From a virus: a DNA stretch of 64,000 bases. The position numbers and the translations under genes are program-made. Shown piece after piece: positions 9,697 through 18,860 of the stretch. How positions within the stretch are numbered: position 1 is the first letter of the stretch; each line of letters begins with the position of its first letter. The notes under the pieces were generated by a model. It did no database searches. It saw only the letters and a program-made list of their open reading frames with translations, and had not been told where the DNA came from. The stretch lies in IMG/VR virus record IMGVR_UViG_3300022074_000005; one strand, 5' to 3'.

Positions 9697-10125
9697 TTAC
9701 TTAACAGTAATTTGTTTTAATTTCATTGCCTCTGGTATAATTTTTTCCATAGACACTTTTAAAAGACCGTCTTTTAATTCAGCCCCATTTACTTTTACAT
9801 CTTTTGCAATTGTAAATTGTTTTTTAAAGTATCTTTTAGATATACCTTTATACAATGCACCATCATTATCTTCAACTTCTTTTTCGTCTTTTGTTTTGAT
9901 AGACTCGATGGTTAATATACCATTCTCTACTTCAACTGATATATCTTTTTTGTTGAAACCAGCTAGTGCGATTTCTACATTGTAACTATTCTTATCAGTT
10001 TTTACTATATTGTATGGTGGATAGTTATTTGGTGCCATACTTACCATTGAATCGAAATGATCGAACATGTCGTCAAATCCTATTGAGAATGGTCTTAATT
10101 GATTGAATATGCTTAGATTGGTCAT
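9697..10125 (-). CDS. hsp20: Small heat shock protein Hsp20
   Basis: IGFDDMF, YPPYNI, EIALAGF, YKGISKRYF and LKDGLLKV of the IbpA/alpha-crystallin family. Confidence 0.96.
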   Translation of the reverse strand: MTNLSIFNQLRPFSIGFDDMFDHFDSMVSMAPNNYPPYNIVKTDKNSYNVEIALAGFNKKDISVEVENGILTIESIKTKDEKEVEDNDGALYKGISKRYFKKQFTIAKDVKVNGAELKDGLLKVSMEKIIPEAMKLKQITVK

Positions 10126-10133
10126 GATTGATA

Positions 10134-10184
10134 CCTCCTTATATTAAGCAAAGTTTAATTTTGACACCTCTTATGAGCATGTCA
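10134..10184 (-). promoter_or_regulatory. Putative ROSE-type RNA thermometer in the hsp20 5' UTR
   Basis: Hairpin CUUU-G-CUU-A-AUA-U-AAG-GAGG pairs a UUGCU motif (bulged G) with the AGGAGG SD; upstream hairpin UGACAUGCUC-AUAA-GAGGUGUCA. Confidence 0.7.
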
Positions 10185-10188
10185 TTAT

Positions 10189-10224
10189 TATTTATATAGG
10201 GATTGACCTTCAAAAGTCAACCCC
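10189..10224 (-). promoter_or_regulatory. Composite hsp20 promoter: RpoH-like GTTGAC-N15-CCTATAT overlapping late TATAAATA, within an inverted repeat
   Basis: Minus strand reads GGGGTTGACTTTTGAAGGTCAATCCCTATATAAATA. Confidence 0.55.
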
Positions 10225-10237
10225 TAAAATAAATTTT

Positions 10238-11437
10238 TTAGATAGTAGCGACAGCGTCCTCATCCTCTGGCTCTTTCTCATCTTCCTCAACTTGAGTTTG
10301 AGAATCAGAGTTTAGAGAATCAACTGTAACTCCAGCATCAATCTTAGTATAAAGATTTAAGAATGACTCTTTAGTGTCATCATCAAATCTAGCAACACAT
10401 AACTCGATTGCTTTCATTTTATCACCAAAGATAGAAAATGCTTTAACAATGTGGTCAAGTCTTCTAGTAGATATAATCTCATCTACACCACCATCGTAAA
10501 AAGTTTTTCTGATAACCTCTGCCCAAGTACATAAGTTGGCAGCGAACTTCTTATCAGACTTACCATACTTATCCATAGACCCAAGTATAATCTTCTCTTC
10601 GGTCTTTTTAGCAGCATAAGGTTGTTCAATTGTGATAGCAAATCTTTCTAAAAATGCTTCGTTCAAAACATTCGTACCGATAAATCTACCATCCTCAGAA
10701 CCTTTACCTTTGGTATTTGCTGTTGCAAGAATATTAAATCCAGCTTTTGGCGTAATCCATTTGTTTACTTTTTTAAGATAAACACCTTTACCTTCTAATA
10801 CTGGTTGCAAACACATTAACTTGTTAGAACCTAAGTCACACTCGTCAAGCAACAAAGTACAACCCTTTTCCATTGCTTCGACCACTGGGCCAGGAACAAA
10901 TTTAGTTTCACCATTTACAAGTCTGAAACCACCTAACAAATCATCTTCATCAGTTTCAATTGTAATATTGACTCTGATTAAATCTTTTTTGTTAGCAGCA
11001 TGAACTTGTTCTACCATAAGAGTTTTACCATTACCAGATAGACCAGTAACAAAAACTGGGTAAAACATGCCAGACTTAACAATCTGATTGATTGTAGAGT
11101 AATGACCCCAAGGTACAAATCCTTTAAACATTGAAGGTACTAAACTTTCAGAACCAGAATTTGTAGCGATTAAGTTAACTGACATTGCATTATCAGTATT
11201 ATTAGAAACAGTTGAACTGATTTGTTTAATTTCAACATCATCTTGTTCAGCTGTGTCACTTGTCGGTAATTGATATTTACCGTGACCTACTTTGTAAGCA
11301 GGTTTCTTAAACCAACTAGGATTAGAAAATCCTATTGATTTAGCGAACTCATTGATCTCGTTCCTAGAAACGATAGCACCAACACCGAAGTGTTTTGACG
11401 CTTTATCAACAAACGCTTGTTTATTGGGTGTTAACAT
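10238..11437 (-). CDS. cobS: CobS-like MoxR-family AAA+ ATPase
   Basis: GLSGNGKT, ETDEDDLLGGF, LLLDE, ATANTKGKG, NEAFLERF; typical of marine T4-like phages. Confidence 0.92.
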   Translation of the reverse strand: MLTPNKQAFVDKASKHFGVGAIVSRNEINEFAKSIGFSNPSWFKKPAYKVGHGKYQLPTSDTAEQDDVEIKQISSTVSNNTDNAMSVNLIATNSGSESLVPSMFKGFVPWGHYSTINQIVKSGMFYPVFVTGLSGNGKTLMVEQVHAANKKDLIRVNITIETDEDDLLGGFRLVNGETKFVPGPVVEAMEKGCTLLLDECDLGSNKLMCLQPVLEGKGVYLKKVNKWITPKAGFNILATANTKGKGSEDGRFIGTNVLNEAFLERFAITIEQPYAAKKTEEKIILGSMDKYGKSDKKFAANLCTWAEVIRKTFYDGGVDEIISTRRLDHIVKAFSIFGDKMKAIELCVARFDDDTKESFLNLYTKIDAGVTVDSLNSDSQTQVEEDEKEPEDEDAVATI

Positions 11438-11480
11438 AATATAACCTCTCTTGTTGTTGTTTTTATCACCTTATACATTA

Positions 11481-11510
11481 ATTCTATCATAATATAGTGT
11501 TTATTGTCAA
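11481..11510 (-). promoter_or_regulatory. Sigma70-type early promoter for cobS
   Basis: TTGACA-N18-TAGAAT with extended -10 TG. Confidence 0.75.
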
Positions 11511-11549
11511 CCATATAACCATATCAATAAAGCTAGTAATATCAATCAT

Positions 11550-13769
11550 TTACGCCACCATATCTATGAATTTGTTAAGTAATTGTCTATTTAAAGTCTT
11601 AGAACCACTTGCTTTTTTGAATGCTTTTAGTATTTGATTCGATTTTGCATTTGGCACTATATCTAGTATTTCATCTTCACCTTGATCTATAGGACCTCTT
11701 GGTAAGATATAATACTCATCATAACCTTGAGACTTACATACTAATACTTTTTCTTTTCTTAATTGTTTTTGTGCATCTAAAATCTTTTGTTCATCTGAAC
11801 CTCTAGACCAACCCATTTTTCTGCAAATAGTATCAACGTTAACTCTACCATGTCTACCTCTACCCTCAATAAAGAAACCTGTAATATTAAGACCAGGAAC
11901 TTGTTTTTTAAGCATACTCAATAAAGCTGTAGTTTGTTGATTTCTGTAATAACTTTCATGATTTTGAAGTAATTTGATACCTCTTGTTTTATCTGAATAA
12001 ACAATGTGATTATCATAAGGAACATCAACTTGACCAAATACTTCGTTATCATTCCAATCTTTTTTGTAATCAAAATAATATCTAGCAGCATGACTATCAC
12101 CATCAGTTAAAAATATTAAGTTTGTTTTTTGAACTCTAGTTTGCATTTGAAAGTTTTCAATAACTTGAGCTGCACAAGCGATAGCATGATTAAGTGGTGT
12201 ACCACCTAAATTATATTTGTCATGAACATAAGAGACATAAGATAAATCCATACGATTATCATGTCTGTAATTCCATTGACAAGACATTCTAATACAGTTT
12301 TTAATTTGCTCTTCTTGTTCTGCTTTAGTCATATTAGAACTAAACAATTCTATTAGTTTAACATTCTCTAAATCCATATCACCAACTTTTTGTTGTTGAC
12401 TCTGATTAACTGATTCACCTTCATATACATTACATCTATGTTCTCTATCAGAAAAAGCAAGAACTTGAAAAGGTATCTTTGTTCTATTACAAAACCAAAT
12501 AAGATTGTATAATTGTTTTAGTGTAAAATCCATGTTGTCACTCATTGAACCAGACCAGTCAACATACATAATCATACCATGATTAGTTGCACCAGGTATA
12601 GTAGTCATTTTTGCAAACAAGTCATCATTGTATTTGTAAGTATGTAACTTACTCATATTAAGAACACCAGTTTTTGCAATAGTTGCTCTTTTATATAAAT
12701 CTGCTTGTTTTTTCATTTCAAATTCTTTGACCATGTATGAAACTACTTTTTTATTATCATTAAGTATCTTAGTATATTCACTATGAATAAAATCGTTAGC
12801 ACCTGAACTGTCATTTTTATAATGTTCTTTTAAATCTGACAATACAGTTTTGTATGATATAATTAAATTTTTAAGATTAACTTTTGGTATGTTAACATAA
12901 CTTCTATCTCTTGCTTCGTGATCGTTATGATCATCCATTGCTGATTGATAAGCTGCATCTGTATGAGCAACTAAGTCACTTTTAATTCCTAGACCTGCAC
13001 CGTCACCACCAACTTGACTTTGCGTATCAGAGTCTTTTTCTTCGTTATCATTTTTATCTTTAGATTTATCATCTGAACCTGAATCATTATTATCAGTATC
13101 TTGATTGTTCTCAGCATCCGTATGAGAATCAGAAGATGAAGACTCATTATTATCAGAGTCTTCGTCCTCTTGTTTAGGAGCATTATTAGGAACAATAATA
13201 GTTAATTCATCTTTTTTATCTTCCTTTGATTTCTTTTTGTGATAACCAGAAATCTCAATTGCAAGTTTAATTACATCATCTGGTGTTTTACATTTTGCAA
13301 CTTTGTCAGCAAGTAATTTTTCTTTAGTGTTAAATCCTACATCAAGACCAGTCTTGAAGTAAATATTAATTTTGTCGATAACATTAAGTTTAGATAAATC
13401 TTTGTTTTTAACACCAAAGAAATCTCTATCTAATAATTCTTTGTAACCTTGAGTAAAGTTTTTTTGAGAACCAGGATATCTTTTTTGTATCATCGCTTCT
13501 ATTCTAGCGTCTTCGATAACGTTAACTACAGAATGATCGATACCTTCTTTATGAATTTTTTTTAACATATCTAAAGGAGTCCAAAGTGAATGGCCAACTT
13601 CATGACATACAAACATGTCATACACATCGTTAGATATTTGATCTTTGAATATTGGTAAAACTAACTCTCTCTTTTTAACATCAAAAGAAGCAGTTCTAGT
13701 TTTTTTGTGAACTATTGAAATATCCTCTTCGGCAAGTAATTTTGCAATAGTTGATTTTTTATTTTGCAT
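11550..13769 (-). CDS. CobT-like protein: N-terminal HExxH peptidase-like domain, acidic linker, C-terminal VWA domain
   Basis: CHEVGH, NVIEDARIE, DWSGSM MIDAS, GGTPL, FLTDG; partner of the adjacent CobS; SD-supported start MQNKK. Confidence 0.88.
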   Translation of the reverse strand: MQNKKSTIAKLLAEEDISIVHKKTRTASFDVKKRELVLPIFKDQISNDVYDMFVCHEVGHSLWTPLDMLKKIHKEGIDHSVVNVIEDARIEAMIQKRYPGSQKNFTQGYKELLDRDFFGVKNKDLSKLNVIDKINIYFKTGLDVGFNTKEKLLADKVAKCKTPDDVIKLAIEISGYHKKKSKEDKKDELTIIVPNNAPKQEDEDSDNNESSSSDSHTDAENNQDTDNNDSGSDDKSKDKNDNEEKDSDTQSQVGGDGAGLGIKSDLVAHTDAAYQSAMDDHNDHEARDRSYVNIPKVNLKNLIISYKTVLSDLKEHYKNDSSGANDFIHSEYTKILNDNKKVVSYMVKEFEMKKQADLYKRATIAKTGVLNMSKLHTYKYNDDLFAKMTTIPGATNHGMIMYVDWSGSMSDNMDFTLKQLYNLIWFCNRTKIPFQVLAFSDREHRCNVYEGESVNQSQQQKVGDMDLENVKLIELFSSNMTKAEQEEQIKNCIRMSCQWNYRHDNRMDLSYVSYVHDKYNLGGTPLNHAIACAAQVIENFQMQTRVQKTNLIFLTDGDSHAARYYFDYKKDWNDNEVFGQVDVPYDNHIVYSDKTRGIKLLQNHESYYRNQQTTALLSMLKKQVPGLNITGFFIEGRGRHGRVNVDTICRKMGWSRGSDEQKILDAQKQLRKEKVLVCKSQGYDEYYILPRGPIDQGEDEILDIVPNAKSNQILKAFKKASGSKTLNRQLLNKFIDMVA

Positions 13770-13792
13770 ATTAACCTCTCTCATACTCTTAT

Positions 13793-13821
13793 AATGTATC
13801 AGGTAGGGGGTATATTGTCAA
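13793..13821 (-). promoter_or_regulatory. Sigma70-type early promoter for cobT
   Basis: TTGACA-N17-TACATT with extended -10 TG. Confidence 0.75.
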
Positions 13822-13945
13822 GGCGATAAAAAGCAAGTAAAATCAACGATTTTAGGGGGTAGTAGGGGCAGGGGTACCCCTTGAAATACCCGCTCAGCAC
13901 GTTCTCAGCGCCTCTTTTTTTAAGGATTCGATGTTGATTCGGGGG

Positions 13946-14656
13946 TTATATCGTAAATGCAAGTAAATTGGATGCTATATAAGTATGTGCTTTTTCACTT
14001 GGGTGACCATCATCTTCCGATATCCACCATCCTTTTTTACCATACTCTTTATTCAATATATCTTGAATATTAAACCCTCCTATTTCAGATATACATGGCC
14101 ACCCATAAAAATCTTTAATCTTATCCGTTAACATATGATTAATAATTTCTTTTGATAGCACAACTTTTGATTGTGTTTTAAAATCATTCGAAAAGTGTTT
14201 TATATGATTACCTGTAAGCAAAGGCATTGCTTGACAAAATGTGTAGTTAATAAAGTTATCTCTACATATAGATTGCATAGCATATATGTAATTTAAATTA
14301 TTATTAATTATTTGTTTTAAATTAGGAAAGTCTTGACTTAAAAATTCATTGTAAAGTTTATTTGCTTTTTCATAGGTGTAATCGTAATCGTTAGTTGTAA
14401 CACTTATTGTTTTCCAATCGGGTTGTGTAAGAAAGTCTTGTCTATCAAATGCAGTCCACATTATATAAACATGTTCTACTTTATTAAGATTGTTTTGTAT
14501 TGCTTGTAAAGTATTATGAAATATTGCTCGATTACCATAACCTGCTTTCGCTGTATTAATGACTTCACATTTTTTTATCTCACCAAGTATTGTTGGCCAT
14601 ACTTTGAAATCATAATAACTTTTATCTGTATAACTACATCCACCTACTATAATCAT
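13946..14656 (-). CDS. SGNH/GDSL-like hydrolase or acyltransferase, paralog 1
   Basis: GGCSYT block I, G-x-GN block II, DGHP block V. Confidence 0.75.
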   Translation of the reverse strand: MIIVGGCSYTDKSYYDFKVWPTILGEIKKCEVINTAKAGYGNRAIFHNTLQAIQNNLNKVEHVYIMWTAFDRQDFLTQPDWKTISVTTNDYDYTYEKANKLYNEFLSQDFPNLKQIINNNLNYIYAMQSICRDNFINYTFCQAMPLLTGNHIKHFSNDFKTQSKVVLSKEIINHMLTDKIKDFYGWPCISEIGGFNIQDILNKEYGKKGWWISEDDGHPSEKAHTYIASNLLAFTI

Positions 14657-15747
14657 GAATTAAACCATTTCTCTATGTCTTTTTTTAAATCTTTTAATTT
14701 TGATTTTCTGTTAATAAAATTATTGTAATTATATTCTAATATATCTAAATTATCTAACACCAACTTTTTTAAATTTTTTGTTCTTAGTTCTTTTACTAAT
14801 TCTACAACAGCATTTATTCTATCGTCAAAATTGTAAATATTATCATATGACTCATCCCATAAATTATTAAATGTTTTATATCCTTGCTGTTTTAAAACTT
14901 TTAATGAGTATTGTGTTCCTACTAAAATAAATGGCATTTTTAACATTATTGCTTTATAAGTTTTTTCAGTTATATTAATACCATTATTAGTATTATCAAT
15001 ACTATGACAAACACTCTCTGTTACAATATTAATACAGTTTTCTCTTGACCAATATGATAAGTCATTGTCTTTAGATGCAAACCCATTATCAATTCTTTGT
15101 TTAAATTTTACATCATAGACTAAATCATAAACTCCATTATTAATACTAGCATTAAAATCCTCTATCATTGGCATCACCTTATACATAAACATACTTTTAG
15201 ATTTTGCAATAGTATTTGAATGTGATCTATTAAGACATAAAAATTTTTTAGGATTATCATCTAATACTTTTACTATTTCTGGTTGATTATGATTTTGTAC
15301 ATACTTTTCAAATATATCCCAATGGTAAGTTTTAATAACATTACTTTTGTATGGTTCACATAAAATATTGTACTTTGAGATAAGTATTTTACATTTATTA
15401 GGTTTTATCCCAGCTTCATTTAATAAAAGAGGATATGTATCAATCCAATTACCACCTGACAAATCAATTTCAGAATCATTAATTATATAAAAACATTTAT
15501 CATTATTAATATCATCTTTTACTTTATCTGGTAATAACTTAAATTCATTGTTTTGTATAATATCATGACTATACTTTCTTACATTATCATAGTAAATATA
15601 TTTTCCTTTAACTTTATCTAAAGTTGTTACAGGATAACCTAATTCTTTATGTAAAGGAATCCAATGATCGCTTACATCACTAAAAAGTCTGTTTTCTTTT
15701 TTTGAGTAAAAATTACGTAAAGATTTATTTTTGAATGCTATAATCAT
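14653..15747 (-). CDS. Putative glycosyltransferase (GT10-like C-terminal region, phage family)
   Basis: KFLCLNR, NIVTES, ITEKTYKAI, PFILVG, GYKTF and WDESYD motifs. Confidence 0.55.
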   Translation of the reverse strand: MIIAFKNKSLRNFYSKKENRLFSDVSDHWIPLHKELGYPVTTLDKVKGKYIYYDNVRKYSHDIIQNNEFKLLPDKVKDDINNDKCFYIINDSEIDLSGGNWIDTYPLLLNEAGIKPNKCKILISKYNILCEPYKSNVIKTYHWDIFEKYVQNHNQPEIVKVLDDNPKKFLCLNRSHSNTIAKSKSMFMYKVMPMIEDFNASINNGVYDLVYDVKFKQRIDNGFASKDNDLSYWSRENCINIVTESVCHSIDNTNNGINITEKTYKAIMLKMPFILVGTQYSLKVLKQQGYKTFNNLWDESYDNIYNFDDRINAVVELVKELRTKNLKKLVLDNLDILEYNYNNFINRKSKLKDLKKDIEKWFNS

Positions 15748-16540
15748 AAAGTTCTTTTGCTATCAACCTGTGTGCTTTTTCGTTAGGGTGTGTATCTTTG
15801 AATGATACTTTATAACCTGTTTCACCCATTGCTCTTTTTAAGAAACTTAAAACATTAAATCCACCAATCTCTGGTACTATCGGCCATCCCCAAAAATTAT
15901 TCTCTTTAATTAAATCACTGGTCTTATGTTCTATTAATTTTATTGCGATTGCATTATCTCTTTTATGATTGTCATTTGTAAAATGAAATGCTGGTATTGG
16001 TTTGATTGCTTGTGCAAACGTATATGGTATGTTTAGATTTTCACATATGGATTGCATTGAATATATGTAATTTAAATTAGTATCTATAAGATTATCTAAG
16101 TTTGGGTATGCATGTTTAATAGTGCCAGAAAAATTAAAAGACTTTCTATACCACAATTGTGTTTTATCATATTCATCATTCTCAGCTCTAGGTATCATAG
16201 TGTCAAATCTTTTTGTTATCTTTGTTCTACTACCATCTGCTTGAGTTATGTGATATGAATAATCATTAAGTAAAAAATCTTGTCTTGCCCATTCTGACCA
16301 CATTACATATACATGTTTTATATTATCTTTATTTTTTATTATTGCATCTAAAGTTTCATGATAGATTGCCATATTACCAAATCCACATCTAGCAGTATTA
16401 ATAACTTCACAATCATATAGTTCACCTATAACTTCTGGCCACATTTTAAAATGTAAAGGTTTTGGTTTTGCTCTACTAGGATAGTTCTTATCTGTAAAAC
16501 TACAACCACCAACTATTATTTTATCGGAATACTTTGACAT
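15725..16540 (-). CDS. SGNH/GDSL-like hydrolase or acyltransferase, paralog 2
   Basis: GGCSFT, GFGN, DTHP; collinear with 13946..14656; likely start MSKYSDK. Confidence 0.75.
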   Translation of the reverse strand: MSKYSDKIIVGGCSFTDKNYPSRAKPKPLHFKMWPEVIGELYDCEVINTARCGFGNMAIYHETLDAIIKNKDNIKHVYVMWSEWARQDFLLNDYSYHITQADGSRTKITKRFDTMIPRAENDEYDKTQLWYRKSFNFSGTIKHAYPNLDNLIDTNLNYIYSMQSICENLNIPYTFAQAIKPIPAFHFTNDNHKRDNAIAIKLIEHKTSDLIKENNFWGWPIVPEIGGFNVLSFLKRAMGETGYKVSFKDTHPNEKAHRLIAKELYDYSIQK

Positions 16541-17852
16541 TATATTTCTTTTCAAAACTTTCTGCATGAGTAACATTATTAACTATAGGTTTACCTCTTA
16601 TGTTTAAGGATGTATTTAATAACATAGGACAACCTGTTTGACTATACCACTCTTCTAGTATAGGTCTTAATATACTTATATTATCTTTCTCAACACATTG
16701 AACTCTAGCGGTACCGTCAACGTGTGTGACTGATTTATAATCGTGTCTTGCTTTAGATACAAACTGCATATACCTATTCTTTCTACCAACAAAGTAATCA
16801 TCAAAGTATTCTTCCAATATTGCTGGTGCGAAAGGTCTAAACTTTTGTCTTTGTTTAACTTCATTTACTGTATCTTTAATATCTAGTCTAGGGTCTGCTA
16901 ATAAACTTCTATTACCTAATGCTCTTGGTCCAAACTCTGCTCTTCCGTTTGCAACTCCACAAAGTTTATGTTCTAGTAAATGTTTTACGATTTCTTTAGG
17001 GTTTAATTCTTTTATTATATTGTGACCTAAGTATGGGTGTCGCCATCTTATTTTTTTCTTTTCTATCAAAGCAGCTGCACCTAGACTTGAACCTGCATCA
17101 CCAGGTGATGGCATAATCCAAACATTAAAACGATCTGGTATCTTACTATTTGCAACACAATTTAAAGCACAACCACCCATGATTACTATGTTATTATAGT
17201 CACAATATTTTAATAGTTCTAAAAACTTTGTTTCATATAAATTTTGTACACTAGCTGCTAAATCATTAGGGTGTGCTCGTGGAAATATTTTACCAACACC
17301 TCTATGATTATTTTTATGTAATAGATATTCTAAATCATACTTTGGTTCTCCAAATGCAGCCATACCCATTGTGATATATTCATCTTCATTTGGTTTTAAT
17401 CCTATTCTTCTTGTAATCGCTGAATACAATAATCCTAGTGAATATGGATAGTTCCATGTTTTTAATTTTGTTAACTTATCATCTTTACCTTCCCATATTG
17501 ATATTGTATTCCATTCACCTATTGCGTCTATGACCAAAACATTACATTCGTTAAATGGTGAAGTATAATAACCTGCAGCTGCATGGGTTTCATGATGACC
17601 AAAGTAATAGTCATATTTTCTATCAGGCCATTTCATTCTTTGACCTGCAAACAATCTTCTTGTATTTTTTAAAAATGGTTTTTCATAAAACGCAGTATTA
17701 TCATAATGTAAAGGTAAAAGGTTAGGATTAAAGTTAGGGTCTCCTTTTATCTTTGAGTATCTTTCACAATGATTAGCATAAATTATTTCTCTTCCATTAA
17801 TTACTGTAATAGCTGCATCATGAAATCCTGCTGATATTCCTACATTAATCAT
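16521..17852 (-). CDS. O-carbamoyltransferase (NodU/CmcH/TobZ family), compact form
   Basis: GFHDAA, HHETHAA, DAIGE, GGCALN, PGDAG, GRAEFGPRALGNRS, RPFAP, HVDGTARVQ, LNTSLN. Confidence 0.95.
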   Translation of the reverse strand: MINVGISAGFHDAAITVINGREIIYANHCERYSKIKGDPNFNPNLLPLHYDNTAFYEKPFLKNTRRLFAGQRMKWPDRKYDYYFGHHETHAAAGYYTSPFNECNVLVIDAIGEWNTISIWEGKDDKLTKLKTWNYPYSLGLLYSAITRRIGLKPNEDEYITMGMAAFGEPKYDLEYLLHKNNHRGVGKIFPRAHPNDLAASVQNLYETKFLELLKYCDYNNIVIMGGCALNCVANSKIPDRFNVWIMPSPGDAGSSLGAAALIEKKKIRWRHPYLGHNIIKELNPKEIVKHLLEHKLCGVANGRAEFGPRALGNRSLLADPRLDIKDTVNEVKQRQKFRPFAPAILEEYFDDYFVGRKNRYMQFVSKARHDYKSVTHVDGTARVQCVEKDNISILRPILEEWYSQTGCPMLLNTSLNIRGKPIVNNVTHAESFEKKYNVKVFR

Positions 17853-18127
17853 TTGTTTACCTTACAATTAAACTGACATATATCTATTGGGTCTTCAAAA
17901 CTTTTTGGTAAATCTTTTTGAAACCAATCTTTGTGTGTAATATTTTTTATACTATCATTTTCTAAATTATATCTATCTTTGTTATCATGATACTTTGTCA
18001 ATAGTTGATGTTTTGCTTTATTTGGTTTACCATATTGATCACTAGCAAGATAACAACAAGGCCAAACTTGACCATCTGGGTTTATCATAGTTTTAGTTGT
18101 GCCTTCCAAAAATTTACACTTTATCAT
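17849..18127 (-). CDS. Stand-alone SPASM/twitch Fe-S domain
   Basis: KC...INPDGQVWPCCY...ICQFNC; own GAGG SD. Confidence 0.75.
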   Translation of the reverse strand: MIKCKFLEGTTKTMINPDGQVWPCCYLASDQYGKPNKAKHQLLTKYHDNKDRYNLENDSIKNITHKDWFQKDLPKSFEDPIDICQFNCKVNK

Positions 18128-18860
18128 CTGCAGCCTCTAGATATTCCTCTTCACCCTTTTCATTAATAAAATAAAATCTATTAGATTTATTATGATTAAA
18201 TATATGAGTAGGATTTGAATTAGGGATAGAATTTTCAAATCTATCACTAGGATAAAACTCATGATTTGCTGAACCATATTTTTTTACTAAATCTAATATA
18301 TCTTTTTTATATTCTTGATTGTGTTTAAATAATATTGTTTGAGATAATGCTTTTCCTTGAGTTTGTGAAAACATATACATATGATCTAAAGATTTTTTTA
18401 ATGATGTGCCTCTTCTATACTTTTGATGCATTTCCTCTGTGGTGCCATCTATATCAAATATAATAGTAAGTCTCTCCCCACAATAAACACCTAAGTTCCA
18501 ATAAAACTCTTCATTACGTAAACTACCATTTGTTGTTATTAGTACATTTGCTTTTGAATTATCAATAATATAGTGACATATTTTTTCTATGTCTTTTGCC
18601 ATCATTGAGTCTCCCCAAGTGCTAGTAAACCCATACTCTTCTATATCATCTAAAGTTTCTTTTGGAAAATATTTTATAAATTTTTCTACTGGCCAAGATA
18701 TAATTGGTAACCAATCAACAGCACCTAAACCATTTGGATTAGTTCTATCACATTGAGGACACCTAGCATTACAACGATTAGTTATCGCAATGTCAATTCT
18801 TTTTGATAAACTTTGACCTAAGTCTATCATCTCTTGAGGATGTTGTAAAAAGTTTGGCAT
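18114..18860 (-). CDS. Radical SAM core domain (partner of the adjacent SPASM ORF)
   Basis: ITNRCNARCPQC, ITTNG, FDIDG, YRRG, LFKHNQ. Confidence 0.85.
   Translation of the reverse strand: MPNFLQHPQEMIDLGQSLSKRIDIAITNRCNARCPQCDRTNPNGLGAVDWLPIISWPVEKFIKYFPKETLDDIEEYGFTSTWGDSMMAKDIEKICHYIIDNSKANVLITTNGSLRNEEFYWNLGVYCGERLTIIFDIDGTTEEMHQKYRRGTSLKKSLDHMYMFSQTQGKALSQTILFKHNQEYKKDILDLVKKYGSANHEFYPSDRFENSIPNSNPTHIFNHNKSNRFYFINEKGEEEYLEAADDKV

Noticed and set aside
10238-13769. CobS/CobT as a cobalamin biosynthesis AMG
   Set aside because: No CobN or other cob genes here; a MoxR ATPase plus VWA pair is common in marine T4-like phages and is better read as a chaperone system
2524-17852. Saxitoxin- or antibiotic-type small-molecule cluster (amidinotransferase, carbamoyltransferase, GDSL)
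   Set aside because: No SxtA-like PKS, cyclitol synthase, exporter or resistance gene in the window; the many glycosyltransferases favour a glycan product
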